Below, piece by piece: positions 1 through 7,645 of a stretch of 64,000 bases of DNA. This DNA comes from an uncultured Alphaproteobacteria bacterium (GTDB lineage Bacteria; Pseudomonadota; Alphaproteobacteria; Rhizobiales; Xanthobacteraceae). Positions within the stretch are counted from its first letter, which is position 1. Each line of letters starts with the position of its first letter. The translations under genes were made by a program, and so were the position numbers. The notes beneath the pieces are model-generated. The model searched no databases. It was not told where the DNA came from and worked only from the letters and a program-made list of their open reading frames with translations. The stretch lies in NCBI GenBank assembly GCA_963816775.1, contig CAWFLX010000060.1:2600-66599 (forward strand), written 5' to 3'.

Positions 1-82
1 GCCGAGGAGGGCTCTGCGCATCCTCGTCCGGCTCGGGGCGCCGCAAGGGCCCTTCGCAAAGTCGCCATCGAGGACTTTGACT

Positions 83-508
83 ATGTCGCGGCTGCCCTCG
101 CTCTCCAGCCCGTTTCTGCTCGGCTTCGACGAGATCGAGCGTGCGCTCGACCGCGTGACCAAATCCGCCGACGGCTACCCGCCTTACAACATCGAACGGA
201 TCGCGCGCGCCCAGGGCACGCCCGAGCGGTTGCGGATCACGCTCGCGGTTGCGGGCTTTACCTGCGATCAACTGGACGTGAGCGTCGAAGAACGCCAGCT
301 CGTCATCCGCGGCCGGCAGCTGGACGACAAGGAACGGCAATACATCCACCGCGGTATTGCGGCGCGGCAGTTTCAGCGCACGTTCGTATTGGCCGATGGC
401 ATGGAGGTGCTGGGTGCGGATTTGCAGAACGGACTGTTGTCGATCGACCTCGCGCGGCCGGACGCCGAGCGCAGTGCGAGATCAATCGCCATCAGGCAAC
501 ATGAATAG
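83..508 (+). CDS. small heat-shock protein, Hsp20/IbpA (alpha-crystallin) family
   Basis: ORF 77..508. Alpha-crystallin-type sequence (PPYNIER, LRITLAVAGF, IHRGIAARQFQRTF, GLLSIDL). ATG at 83 lies 8 nt after GAGGA (70-74), so it is preferred over TTG 77. Confidence 0.9.
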   Translation: MSRLPSLSSPFLLGFDEIERALDRVTKSADGYPPYNIERIARAQGTPERLRITLAVAGFTCDQLDVSVEERQLVIRGRQLDDKERQYIHRGIAARQFQRTFVLADGMEVLGADLQNGLLSIDLARPDAERSARSIAIRQHE

Positions 509-596
509 AACTTCAGACTAAAGGCCAAGGCGTTTGGAGGAACGCTCGGGAACAGAAAAGGCAGCAACGGTGTTAGTTAGTACAAGGGTACAGGCC

Positions 597-863
597 ATGA
601 CAAACACAACAACAAATTCAGCGCATCCGAAAATGTCACCCGAAGCGCTTGCACAACTTGGCGGCGGTCGCATCGCCTATTTGCGCTCGATTCGTTCGGA
701 AGAGGTTGCAGCTTTGTTCCCGCAGGCGCCGCAGATGGCGCCAGGCCTCAACCTGTTTGCGTTGCTCGCGGCCGATGGCACGCCGATCATGCTCACGGAT
801 ACGCGCGAAGCCGCGATCGCAAATGCGTGGGATAACGAACTCGAGATGGTGAGCGTGCACTGA
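597..863 (+). CDS. DUF1150-like small protein (typical hsp20 neighbour in Rhizobiales)
   Basis: ORF 534..863 with internal ATG at 597. The C-terminal part (IAYLRSIRSEE...LFALLAADGTPIMLTDTREAAIANAWDNELEMVSVH) resembles the DUF1150 family as I recall it. Confidence 0.6.
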   Translation: MTNTTTNSAHPKMSPEALAQLGGGRIAYLRSIRSEEVAALFPQAPQMAPGLNLFALLAADGTPIMLTDTREAAIANAWDNELEMVSVH

Positions 864-925
864 GTGCAACGCGACACCCATCAAGCAATCGGCTTTCTCG
901 AAGTCGAAAATCATTATACGGATTC

Positions 926-956
926 GTCATGGCCGGGCTTGTCCCGGCCATTCACG
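926..956. repeat. palindromic intergenic repeat, family 2 (CGTCATGGCCGGGCTTGTCCCGGCCAT.CACG)
   Basis: Hairpin ATGGCCGGG-CTT-GTCCCGGCCAT between convergent genes. Two more copies at 36445-36534. Confidence 0.75.
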
Positions 957-991
957 TCTCGGGGCCTGTGATGCAATCCAGCTAAGATCAG

Positions 992-1453
992 CTAATTGTG
1001 CACCGGCGAGGGCATAGCCAGCACGGCATAGATCGCTTCCGACGCGTGTGCGTCGCGCAGCTTGTTGGCGACGTCCGGATCGCGCAGAAGGCGCGCGACG
1101 CGGGCGAGCGCCTTGAGGTGGTCGGCGCCGGCGGCCTCCGGAGCAAGCAGCACGAACACGAGGTCGACCGGTTGCCCGTCGAGCGCCTCGAAGTCGATCG
1201 CGCGATCGAGCCGCGCGAACAACCCGAACAGCCGATCGAGCTTGGCAAGCTTCCCGTGCGGGATCGCGATGCCGGAACCCACGCCGGTCGAACCGAGCTT
1301 TTCGCGCTGCATCAGTACGTCGAAGACCTCGCGCTCGCTGCGTCCGGTGAGGTCCGCCGCTTTGGCCGCGAGTTCGTGCAACGCCTGCTTCTTGCTGTTG
1401 ACCTTGAGCGCCGGAATAATCGCCTGCGGCGCGACGAGATCATTTAGCGGCAT
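992..1453 (-). CDS. ptsN: PTS EIIA-Ntr nitrogen regulatory protein
   Basis: 153-aa ORF with PTS EIIA type-2 fold features, including the phosphorylatable His context GSGIAIPHGK and LVFVLLAPE. Confidence 0.85.
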   Translation of the reverse strand: MPLNDLVAPQAIIPALKVNSKKQALHELAAKAADLTGRSEREVFDVLMQREKLGSTGVGSGIAIPHGKLAKLDRLFGLFARLDRAIDFEALDGQPVDLVFVLLAPEAAGADHLKALARVARLLRDPDVANKLRDAHASEAIYAVLAMPSPVHN

Positions 1454-1867
1454 GGCTGAGTTCCGAAAGAGGTTGCCCCAATGGATTTGTTCTCGCGGCA
1501 GTATCGCGGCGCATTGGGCGGCGGACCATAGGGACCGCCCTACCCGCCGTCAATAGCACTCACGCTCGATGTAACGCACTGCCGCCGGTACGGTTTCGTG
1601 CGCGCGCAACGGCCGCACACGGCGTCGGTTCCGTGTCGTCCGCTACCGATGTGCGGCGTTGGTTTTGCTGCAAAAATGGACTGGGCGCGCGCTTTTTCAA
1701 GCTGTCACATTTGCACGCCAGACCTTCCGCCGGCTTGGGGTCGCGCCCGCGCTTAAAGCAGATTCCAACCTGTGTCCTTGTCCGCATGCGGCGAAATGGT
1801 ATCCGTTTCCACGACGGCGCGCCGGAAAGCGCTTTAGGGATACCCTGCCGCGGACGCACTTGAGCCC

Positions 1868-2458
1868 ATGGATCCGACGCCCAATCTCAAAATCGTCATC
1901 GTCGATGAAAACCCGATCCGGGCCGCCATTCTGGAGGACGGGCTGCGCGAAGCCGGTTTTATCCAAGTAATGCGGCTTAACGAAACCGCAAACCTGCTTG
2001 CCCGCATCTATGCGATCGACCCCGACGTCATCCTGATCGACCTCGAAAATCCGAGCCGCGACGTGCTGGAGCAGATGTTCCAGGTCAGCCGGATTGTGAA
2101 GCGCCCGATCGCAATGTTCGTGGACCAGAGTGATACCGCCTCGATCCAGGCCTCGGTCGACGCCGGTGTCTCCGCCTATATCGTCGACGGGCTCAAGAAA
2201 GAGCGGATGAAGCATATTCTGGATTTGTGTATCTCGCGTTTCAATGCGTTCTCGCGCCTGCAGGGCGAGCTCGAACGGGCCAAGAGCGCGCTTGAGGAGC
2301 GCAAGGTGATCGATCGTGCCAAAGGCATTTTGATGAAAGCCAAGAATCTGACCGAAGAACAAGCCTACGCACTGATGCGCAAAACTGCGATGAACGAGAA
2401 CAAGCGGATCGCGGAGATTGCCCAGTCCATCATCACGGCCTCGGACCTGCTGCGATGA
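1868..2458 (+). CDS. nasT: ANTAR-domain response regulator NasT (nitrate-assimilation antiterminator)
   Basis: N-terminal receiver-like domain (IVIVDENP...) plus C-terminal ANTAR motif (VIDRAKGILMKAKNLTEEQAYALMRKTAMNENKRIAEIA). ATGA overlap with nasS. Confidence 0.9.
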   Translation: MDPTPNLKIVIVDENPIRAAILEDGLREAGFIQVMRLNETANLLARIYAIDPDVILIDLENPSRDVLEQMFQVSRIVKRPIAMFVDQSDTASIQASVDAGVSAYIVDGLKKERMKHILDLCISRFNAFSRLQGELERAKSALEERKVIDRAKGILMKAKNLTEEQAYALMRKTAMNENKRIAEIAQSIITASDLLR

Positions 2459-3594
2459 GCGCCGAACGCCTGCGCATTGGCTTCATTCCGCTCTGCGATG
2501 CCGCGGCGCTGTTGATCGCGGTCGACAAGGGCTTTTGCCTCGAAGCGGGGCTCGACGTCGAGCTCGTCCGGGAAGTCTCCTGGTCGAATGTGCGCGACAA
2601 GCTCAACATCGGCTTGTTTGACGCCGCGCACCTGCTCGCGCCGGTGGCGATCGCCTCGAGCCTGGGGCTCGGGCACGTCAAGGTCCCGATCATCGCGCCG
2701 TTCAATCTCGGCATCAACGGCAACGCCATCACGGTGTCGCCTGAACTCCATGCCGCGCTGAAAGCCGCCGCCGAGGGCGACATAGCCGATCCGATGGTGT
2801 CCGCACGCGCGCTGGCGCGGGTGGTGGCCGAGCGCAAACGCAAGGACCAGGAGCCCGTGACTTTTGGGATGACCTTCCCGTTCTCGACCCACAACTATCA
2901 TTTGCGATTCTGGATGGCGGCGGGTGGCGTTGATCCGGACGAGGACGTTCGCCTGGTTGTGCTGCCGCCGCCCTACATGGTTGAAAGCCTCGCCAACAAG
3001 CACGTCGAAGGATTCTGCGTCGGCGCGCCTTGGAACTCGGTCGCCGTCGATCTCGGCATCGGGTTCATCCTGCACTTCGTGTCCGACATTCTGGCGTGCG
3101 CCGCCGAGAAGGTGTTGGCTGTGCGCAGCACATGGGCGCAGGAGAATCCGGGCACGCTTGCGGCGCTCGTCCGCGCCCACGGCCGCGCTGCGACTTTCAT
3201 CGAGGACGTTGCCAACCGCGACGAGGTCTGCGCGCTACTTGCCGCGCCGAACCGGATCGGCGGAACCGCCGAGGTCATCCGTCGCACACTCGACGGCCGG
3301 CTCAAGGTCGCGCCGGATGGAACAATGCGGACGAGCGAGCGCTATCTGCGCATCGGCCGGGCCGGCGCCGCGCGGCCCGATCCGGTGCACGCGGCATGGC
3401 TCTACGGCCAGATGGTTCGCTGGCGACAAGCCGAGTTCTCTTCTGAGCATCTCGCGGCAGCGCAAGCCGTGTTCCGGCCCGACCTCTACGACATGATCCT
3501 GGGAGCCAGTCCGGCATTGCCTGCCGGTGAACCTGCGGACCACATCGGCGCGTTTGCTGGACCACCGTTCGATCCGGCAAAAATCACGCGTTAG
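2455..3594 (+). CDS. nasS: nitrate/nitrite sensor NasS (NrtA-like binding fold, cytoplasmic)
   Basis: 379-aa NMT1/NrtA-like protein without a signal peptide. Paralogous to the NrtA at 3932 (shared ...FPFSTHNY/FPGGTHDL..., PPP.MV..., FCVG.PWN). Translationally coupled to nasT. Confidence 0.85.
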   Translation: MSAERLRIGFIPLCDAAALLIAVDKGFCLEAGLDVELVREVSWSNVRDKLNIGLFDAAHLLAPVAIASSLGLGHVKVPIIAPFNLGINGNAITVSPELHAALKAAAEGDIADPMVSARALARVVAERKRKDQEPVTFGMTFPFSTHNYHLRFWMAAGGVDPDEDVRLVVLPPPYMVESLANKHVEGFCVGAPWNSVAVDLGIGFILHFVSDILACAAEKVLAVRSTWAQENPGTLAALVRAHGRAATFIEDVANRDEVCALLAAPNRIGGTAEVIRRTLDGRLKVAPDGTMRTSERYLRIGRAGAARPDPVHAAWLYGQMVRWRQAEFSSEHLAAAQAVFRPDLYDMILGASPALPAGEPADHIGAFAGPPFDPAKITR

Positions 3595-3794
3595 AGCCGA
3601 AGCAGCCCCCATTTTTCGCATCGATTTCGCGTCGTTGATTAGCGGATAGGCAGCCTGCCTGTTTTTGTGCATCGCACAATAAATCCGCATATAACATCTC
3701 TAATTGCATCGCTGATAAGCAAAATTTGAATTGAACAGATTTTGAGCATGAGCTCAACCGATTGATGTCACACGCTTTTCTGGAAATCTCCGGT

Positions 3795-3809
3795 TGGCAC
3801 GCCGCTTGT
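3795..3809 (+). promoter_or_regulatory. candidate sigma-54 (-24/-12) promoter
   Basis: TGGCAC-gccgc-TTGT versus consensus TGGCAC-N5-TTGC(A/T), one mismatch at -12. Lies in the AT-rich nasS-nrtA spacer, ~25 nt upstream of the hairpin pair. Confidence 0.4.
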
Positions 3810-3823
3810 AAAGGACTTACCAA

Positions 3824-3856
3824 GGTCCAAGGACGGGCCTGATAGGCAACGCCGCC
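3824..3856 (+). promoter_or_regulatory. ANTAR-type tandem hexaloop hairpins (putative NasT binding site / antiterminator)
   Basis: P1 GGTCC[AAGGAC]GGGCC (3824-3839), a 5-nt linker, then P2 GGC[AACGCC]GCC (3845-3856). Both loops have A1 and G4. P2 overlaps the 5' arm of the terminator. Confidence 0.45.
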
Positions 3857-3906
3857 GCTATCGAGGGAACGCACCAGCGTCCAGCGATCGCGGCGTTTTT
3901 GTTTTT
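3848..3906 (+). terminator. intrinsic terminator in the nrtA leader
   Basis: 8-bp GC-rich stem AACGCCGC/GCGGCGTT plus inner ATCG/CGAT pairs, followed by TTTTTGTTTTT. Located 26 nt before the nrtA start. Confidence 0.6.
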
Positions 3907-3931
3907 CAGGCGGACGGAAGCCAACACAAGG

Positions 3932-5266
3932 ATGACCACGTCAATGACGACAAAGGTACAGGCGAACAAGCGAACGGAGCACGGGGTAAGCCGCCGCGGA
4001 TTTCTCAAGACGAGCGCGGGCGCAGCGGCGCTGCTGGGCGCGATCCGCACCAGCTTTCCGGGCGGTGCATTCGCCCAGGGCGCCGGACCTGAGGTGAGCA
4101 AAGCGGTCCTCGGTTACATCGCGCTGATGGATGCATCCGCGCTGGTCATCGCCAAGGAAAAAGGTCTGTTCGCCAAGCACGGCATGCCCGACGTCGACGT
4201 GCAGAAGCAGGCCTCGTGGGGCGCAACCCGCGACAACGTCGTGCTCGGCTCCGAGAAGAACGGCATCGACGGCGCGCACATTCTCACGCCGATGCCGTAC
4301 CTGATCTCGGCCGGCAAGGTGACGCAGAACAGCGTCCCGACCCCGATGTACATCCTGGCGCGGCTCAATCTCGACGCCCAGGCGATCTCGGTCGCCAACG
4401 AATACAAGGATCTCAAGGTCACGGCCGACGCCTCGCCGCTCAAGGCGGCGTTCGCCGCCAAGAAAGCCGCCAACAAGGAAGTGAAGGTCGCGATGACCTT
4501 CCCGGGCGGCACCCACGATCTCTGGATCAGATATTGGCTCGCCGCCGGCGGCATCGATCCCGATAAGGACGTTTCCACCATCGTGGTGCCGCCGCCGCAG
4601 ATGGTGGCCAACATGAAGGTCGGCAACATGGACGCGTTCTGCGTCGGCGAGCCGTGGAACGAGCAGCTCGTCAATCAGAACATCGGCTTTACGGCCTGCA
4701 CCACCGGCGAGATCTGGTCGAAACACCCCGAGAAGGCTTTCGGGCTGCGCGCCGAGTGGGTCGACAAGAATCCGAAGGCCGCCCTCGCATTGTTGATGGC
4801 TGTGATGGAAGCCCAGCAGTGGTGCGACAAGCCCGAAAACAAGCAGGAGATGTCGGAAATCGTCGGCAAGCGGCAATGGTTCAACGTGCCGGTCGCCGAC
4901 ATCGTCGGCCGCGCCAAGGGCGACATCAACTACGGCAATGGACGCGTCGAGAACGGCACCAAGCAATTCATGAAGTTCTGGCAGGACCACGCGTCCTACC
5001 CGTTCAAGAGCCACGACACCTGGTTCGTCACCGAGGACATTCGCTGGGGCAAGTTCGAGCCGACGACTGACATCAAAGGGTTGGTCGACAAGGTCAATCG
5101 TGAGGATCTCTGGCGCGAGGCCGCCAAAGCGCTCGCGGTTCCGGCCTCCGACATCCCGACCTCGACGTCACGCGGCAAGGAGACGTTCTTCGACGGCAAG
5201 GTGTTCGATCCGGCCGAAACGACCGCCTACCTCAAAAGCCTGACGATCAAGCGGGTTGAAGTTTGA
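3932..5266 (+). CDS. nrtA: nitrate ABC transporter substrate-binding protein
   Basis: ORF 3899..5266. ATG 3932 gives a Tat-type signal (SRRGFLKTSAGAAALLGA). NrtA/NMT1 family sequence. Confidence 0.9.
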   Translation: MTTSMTTKVQANKRTEHGVSRRGFLKTSAGAAALLGAIRTSFPGGAFAQGAGPEVSKAVLGYIALMDASALVIAKEKGLFAKHGMPDVDVQKQASWGATRDNVVLGSEKNGIDGAHILTPMPYLISAGKVTQNSVPTPMYILARLNLDAQAISVANEYKDLKVTADASPLKAAFAAKKAANKEVKVAMTFPGGTHDLWIRYWLAAGGIDPDKDVSTIVVPPPQMVANMKVGNMDAFCVGEPWNEQLVNQNIGFTACTTGEIWSKHPEKAFGLRAEWVDKNPKAALALLMAVMEAQQWCDKPENKQEMSEIVGKRQWFNVPVADIVGRAKGDINYGNGRVENGTKQFMKFWQDHASYPFKSHDTWFVTEDIRWGKFEPTTDIKGLVDKVNREDLWREAAKALAVPASDIPTSTSRGKETFFDGKVFDPAETTAYLKSLTIKRVEV

Positions 5267-5285
5267 GGGGCACCGGAGACGCGAC

Positions 5286-6182
5286 ATGAACATGCCTGTG
5301 CTCAAGACTGAGCCGCAAACCATCGCACGCGCCCCGAGCGCGACGGTGGTGGCGCTCAACGCGCCAACACCCGGATTCCTGCGATCGCGCATCCTGCCGG
5401 CGGCGCGGACCGTCGCGGTCAGCACGCTGCCCCCGCTGGTCACGCTCTGCATCCTGCTCGGCCTCTGGCAGATGCTGTGCATGAATCCGGGCGCGACGCT
5501 GCCGTCGCCGACCAAGATCTGGAGTGACGCCCACGATCTGATTGTCGATCCGTTCTTCGTCGCCGGCCCGCAGGACATCGGGCTTGCCTGGCGCGTGCTC
5601 ACGTCGTTGCACCGGGTCGCGATCGGCTTCGGGTTCGCGGCGATTGCGGGCGTGCTGATCGGCTCCATCATCGGCCAATCGGTCTGGGCGATGCGCGGGC
5701 TTGATCCGATTTTCCAAGTGCTGCGAACGGTGCCGCCGCTCGCCTGGCTGCCGCTGTCGCTCGCTGCGTTTCGCGACAGCCAGCCGTCGGCGATCTTCGT
5801 GATCTTCATCACTTCGGTCTGGCCGATCATCATCAACACCGCGGTCGGCATTCGCAACATTCCGCAGGACTATCGCAACGTCGCCGCCGTGCTGCGGCTC
5901 AACCCGCTCGAGTTCTTCTGGAAGGTCATGATCCCTGCGGCAGCGCCGTACATCTTCACCGGGCTGCGCATCGGTATCGGCCTGTCATGGCTCGCGATCG
6001 TCGCGGCTGAAATGCTGACCGGCGGCGTCGGCATCGGGTTCTTCATCTGGGATGCGTGGAACTCCTCGCGCCTATCCGACATCGTGGTGGCACTGGCCTA
6101 CATCGGTGTCGTTGGTTTCCTGCTCGACCGCCTGGTCGCCGGCATCGCCACCGTCGTCACCCGCGGCACTGCGGCCAACTAA
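5286..6182 (+). CDS. nrtB: nitrate ABC transporter permease
   Basis: Multi-TM BPD-type permease. ATG 5286 is preceded by GGAGA (5275-5279). Confidence 0.9.
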   Translation: MNMPVLKTEPQTIARAPSATVVALNAPTPGFLRSRILPAARTVAVSTLPPLVTLCILLGLWQMLCMNPGATLPSPTKIWSDAHDLIVDPFFVAGPQDIGLAWRVLTSLHRVAIGFGFAAIAGVLIGSIIGQSVWAMRGLDPIFQVLRTVPPLAWLPLSLAAFRDSQPSAIFVIFITSVWPIIINTAVGIRNIPQDYRNVAAVLRLNPLEFFWKVMIPAAAPYIFTGLRIGIGLSWLAIVAAEMLTGGVGIGFFIWDAWNSSRLSDIVVALAYIGVVGFLLDRLVAGIATVVTRGTAAN

Positions 6183-6185
6183 CAT

Positions 6186-6234
6186 GAGCGTGATCCCGAA
6201 AAGTGGTCACCGGTTTTCGGAAAAGATCATGCTC
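6186..6234. repeat. palindromic intergenic repeat, family 3 (GAGC.TG..C ... G..CATGCTC)
   Basis: GAGCGTGATC-CCGAAAA-loop-TTTTCGG-AAAA-GATCATGCTC between nrtB and nrtC. Second copy at 7508-7554. Confidence 0.65.
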
Positions 6235-6254
6235 CAACACAATGAGTACCGTCG

Positions 6255-7049
6255 ATGAACTCCTATCTACAAATCGATCATCTCGACAAAACCTTCGTGC
6301 GCGGCAACCGCGAAACCAAAGTCCTCAAGGACGTTTCGGTGTCGGTCGAGAAGGGCCAGTTCGTCTCCATCATCGGCCACTCGGGTTGCGGCAAGACGAC
6401 GTTGCTCAATATCGTGGCCGGGCTCACCCAGGCGACGCTCGGCGGCGTCCTGCTCGAAGGCCGCGAGGTCAACGAGCCGGGGCCCGACCGCGCGGTCGTG
6501 TTCCAGAACCACAGCCTGCTGCCGTGGCTGACGGTCTACGAGAACGTCCGCCTCGCGGTCGACAAGGTGTTCGGCGCCACCAAGTCGCGCGCCGAGCGCC
6601 ATGCCTGGACCCTGCACAATCTCGACCTCGTGCAGATGAGCCACGCCAAGGACAAGCGGCCGGCCGAGATCTCGGGCGGCATGAAACAGCGCGTCGGCCT
6701 CGCGCGCGCCCTCGCCATGGAACCGAAGGTGCTGCTGCTCGACGAGCCGTTCGGCGCGCTCGACGCGCTCACGCGCGCGCACCTGCAGGATTCCGTGATG
6801 GCGCTGCATCAGAAGCTCGGCAACACCGTGCTGATGATTACTCACGACGTCGACGAGGCGGTATTGCTGTCCGATCGTATCGTGATGATGACCAATGGCC
6901 CGGCGGCGCAGATCGGGGAAATTCTCGATGTCGCGCTCGCGCGGCCGCGCAAGCGGCTCGAGCTCGCCGCGAACGCGACCTACCTCAAGTGCCGTCAACG
7001 CGTGCTCGAGTTCCTGTACGAGCGCCATCGCTATGTGGAAGCGGCGTGA
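6255..7049 (+). CDS. nrtC: nitrate ABC transporter ATP-binding protein
   Basis: Walker A GHSGCGKTT, signature ISGGMKQR, Walker B LLLDEPF. Confidence 0.9.
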   Translation: MNSYLQIDHLDKTFVRGNRETKVLKDVSVSVEKGQFVSIIGHSGCGKTTLLNIVAGLTQATLGGVLLEGREVNEPGPDRAVVFQNHSLLPWLTVYENVRLAVDKVFGATKSRAERHAWTLHNLDLVQMSHAKDKRPAEISGGMKQRVGLARALAMEPKVLLLDEPFGALDALTRAHLQDSVMALHQKLGNTVLMITHDVDEAVLLSDRIVMMTNGPAAQIGEILDVALARPRKRLELAANATYLKCRQRVLEFLYERHRYVEAA

Positions 7050-7053
7050 CCCC

Positions 7054-7482
7054 ATGACACCGGATCAGGTTAAGGCGGTTCAGGCGAGCTTCGCCAAAGT
7101 GGTTCCGATCGCCGACACGGCGGCCGGGATTTTCTACAGCCGGCTGTTCGAGATCGCGCCGGAGGTGAAGCCGCTGTTTCGCAACGACATGACCGAGCAG
7201 GGTCGCAAGTTGATGAGAACCCTGACCGTGGTGGTCAACAGCCTCGGCAATCTCGAAGCAATTCTCCCGGCCGCGAGCGCGCTCGCGAAGAACCACGTCG
7301 CCTACGGGGTGAAAGCCTCGCACTACACGCCGGTCGGCGCCGCGCTGCTGTGGACGCTCGAGCACGGGCTTGGCGCCGACTGGACGCCCGAAATCCAGAA
7401 CGCCTGGAGCGCGGCCTATGCGACGCTCTCGAGTTTCATGATCAACGAGGCCTACGGCACCCAATCGGCCGCGGCCGAATGA
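7054..7482 (+). CDS. single-domain globin (haemoglobin, Bjgb-like context)
   Basis: ATG 7054 within ORF 6895..7482. Globin-like sequence (MTPDQVKAVQASFAKV..., FYSRLFEIAPEVKPLF, AKNHVAYGV). Position between nrtC and flp matches the Bradyrhizobium nas operon organisation. Confidence 0.75.
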   Translation: MTPDQVKAVQASFAKVVPIADTAAGIFYSRLFEIAPEVKPLFRNDMTEQGRKLMRTLTVVVNSLGNLEAILPAASALAKNHVAYGVKASHYTPVGAALLWTLEHGLGADWTPEIQNAWSAAYATLSSFMINEAYGTQSAAAE

Positions 7483-7507
7483 ATTGAGCGCGCCTCGCGC
7501 GCGCCGG

Positions 7508-7554
7508 AGCATGTCCCGCAAAGTGCGAACCGGTCTTGCGACGAGGACATGCTC
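7508..7554. repeat. palindromic intergenic repeat, family 3
   Basis: GAGCATGTCC-CGCAA-loop-TTGCG-ACGAG-GACATGCTC. Same architecture as 6186-6234. Confidence 0.65.
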
Positions 7555-7571
7555 AAACGAAAAAATAACGA

Positions 7572-7610
7572 CCCGCAACGACGCGGGATGACCGCCGCAA
7601 CGATGCGGTG
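7572..7610 (+). promoter_or_regulatory. second ANTAR-type tandem hexaloop hairpin pair
   Basis: P1 CCCGC[AACGAC]GCGGG (7572-7587), linker ATGAC, P2 CGCCGC[AACGAT]GCGGTG (7593-7610). Both loops are AACGA., with A1/G4. Located 36 nt before the flp start. No obvious terminator follows. Confidence 0.4.
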
Positions 7611-7645
7611 AGCTCAAACAAGTCGAAATCGGAAAAGACGTTTGC

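Noticed and set aside
1560-1863. ORFs 1560-1859 (-) and 1633-1863 (+) in the ptsN-nasT gap.
   Set aside because: The translations are Arg/Cys/Pro-rich with no motifs and no SD. I treat the region as non-coding.
3665-3757. The palindromes TTGTGC-ATC-GCACAA and TTGAGC-ATGA-GCTCAA as NtrC enhancer sites.
   Set aside because: They do not match the TGCACC-N5-GGTGCA NtrC consensus (half-site order and spacing differ). I keep them only as unassigned candidate operator sites within the leader finding.
3805-3824. Additional hairpin CTTGTAA[AGGAC]TTAC(C)AAG displaying the same AAGGAC sequence as the P1 loop, as an alternative first ANTAR hairpin.
   Set aside because: It has a 5-nt (or 7-nt) loop rather than a hexaloop, and needs a bulge. 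It overlaps the -12 element of the sigma-54-like promoter, so it would not be transcribed if that promoter is real. The two interpretations are mutually exclusive, and I favoured promoter + 3824-3856.
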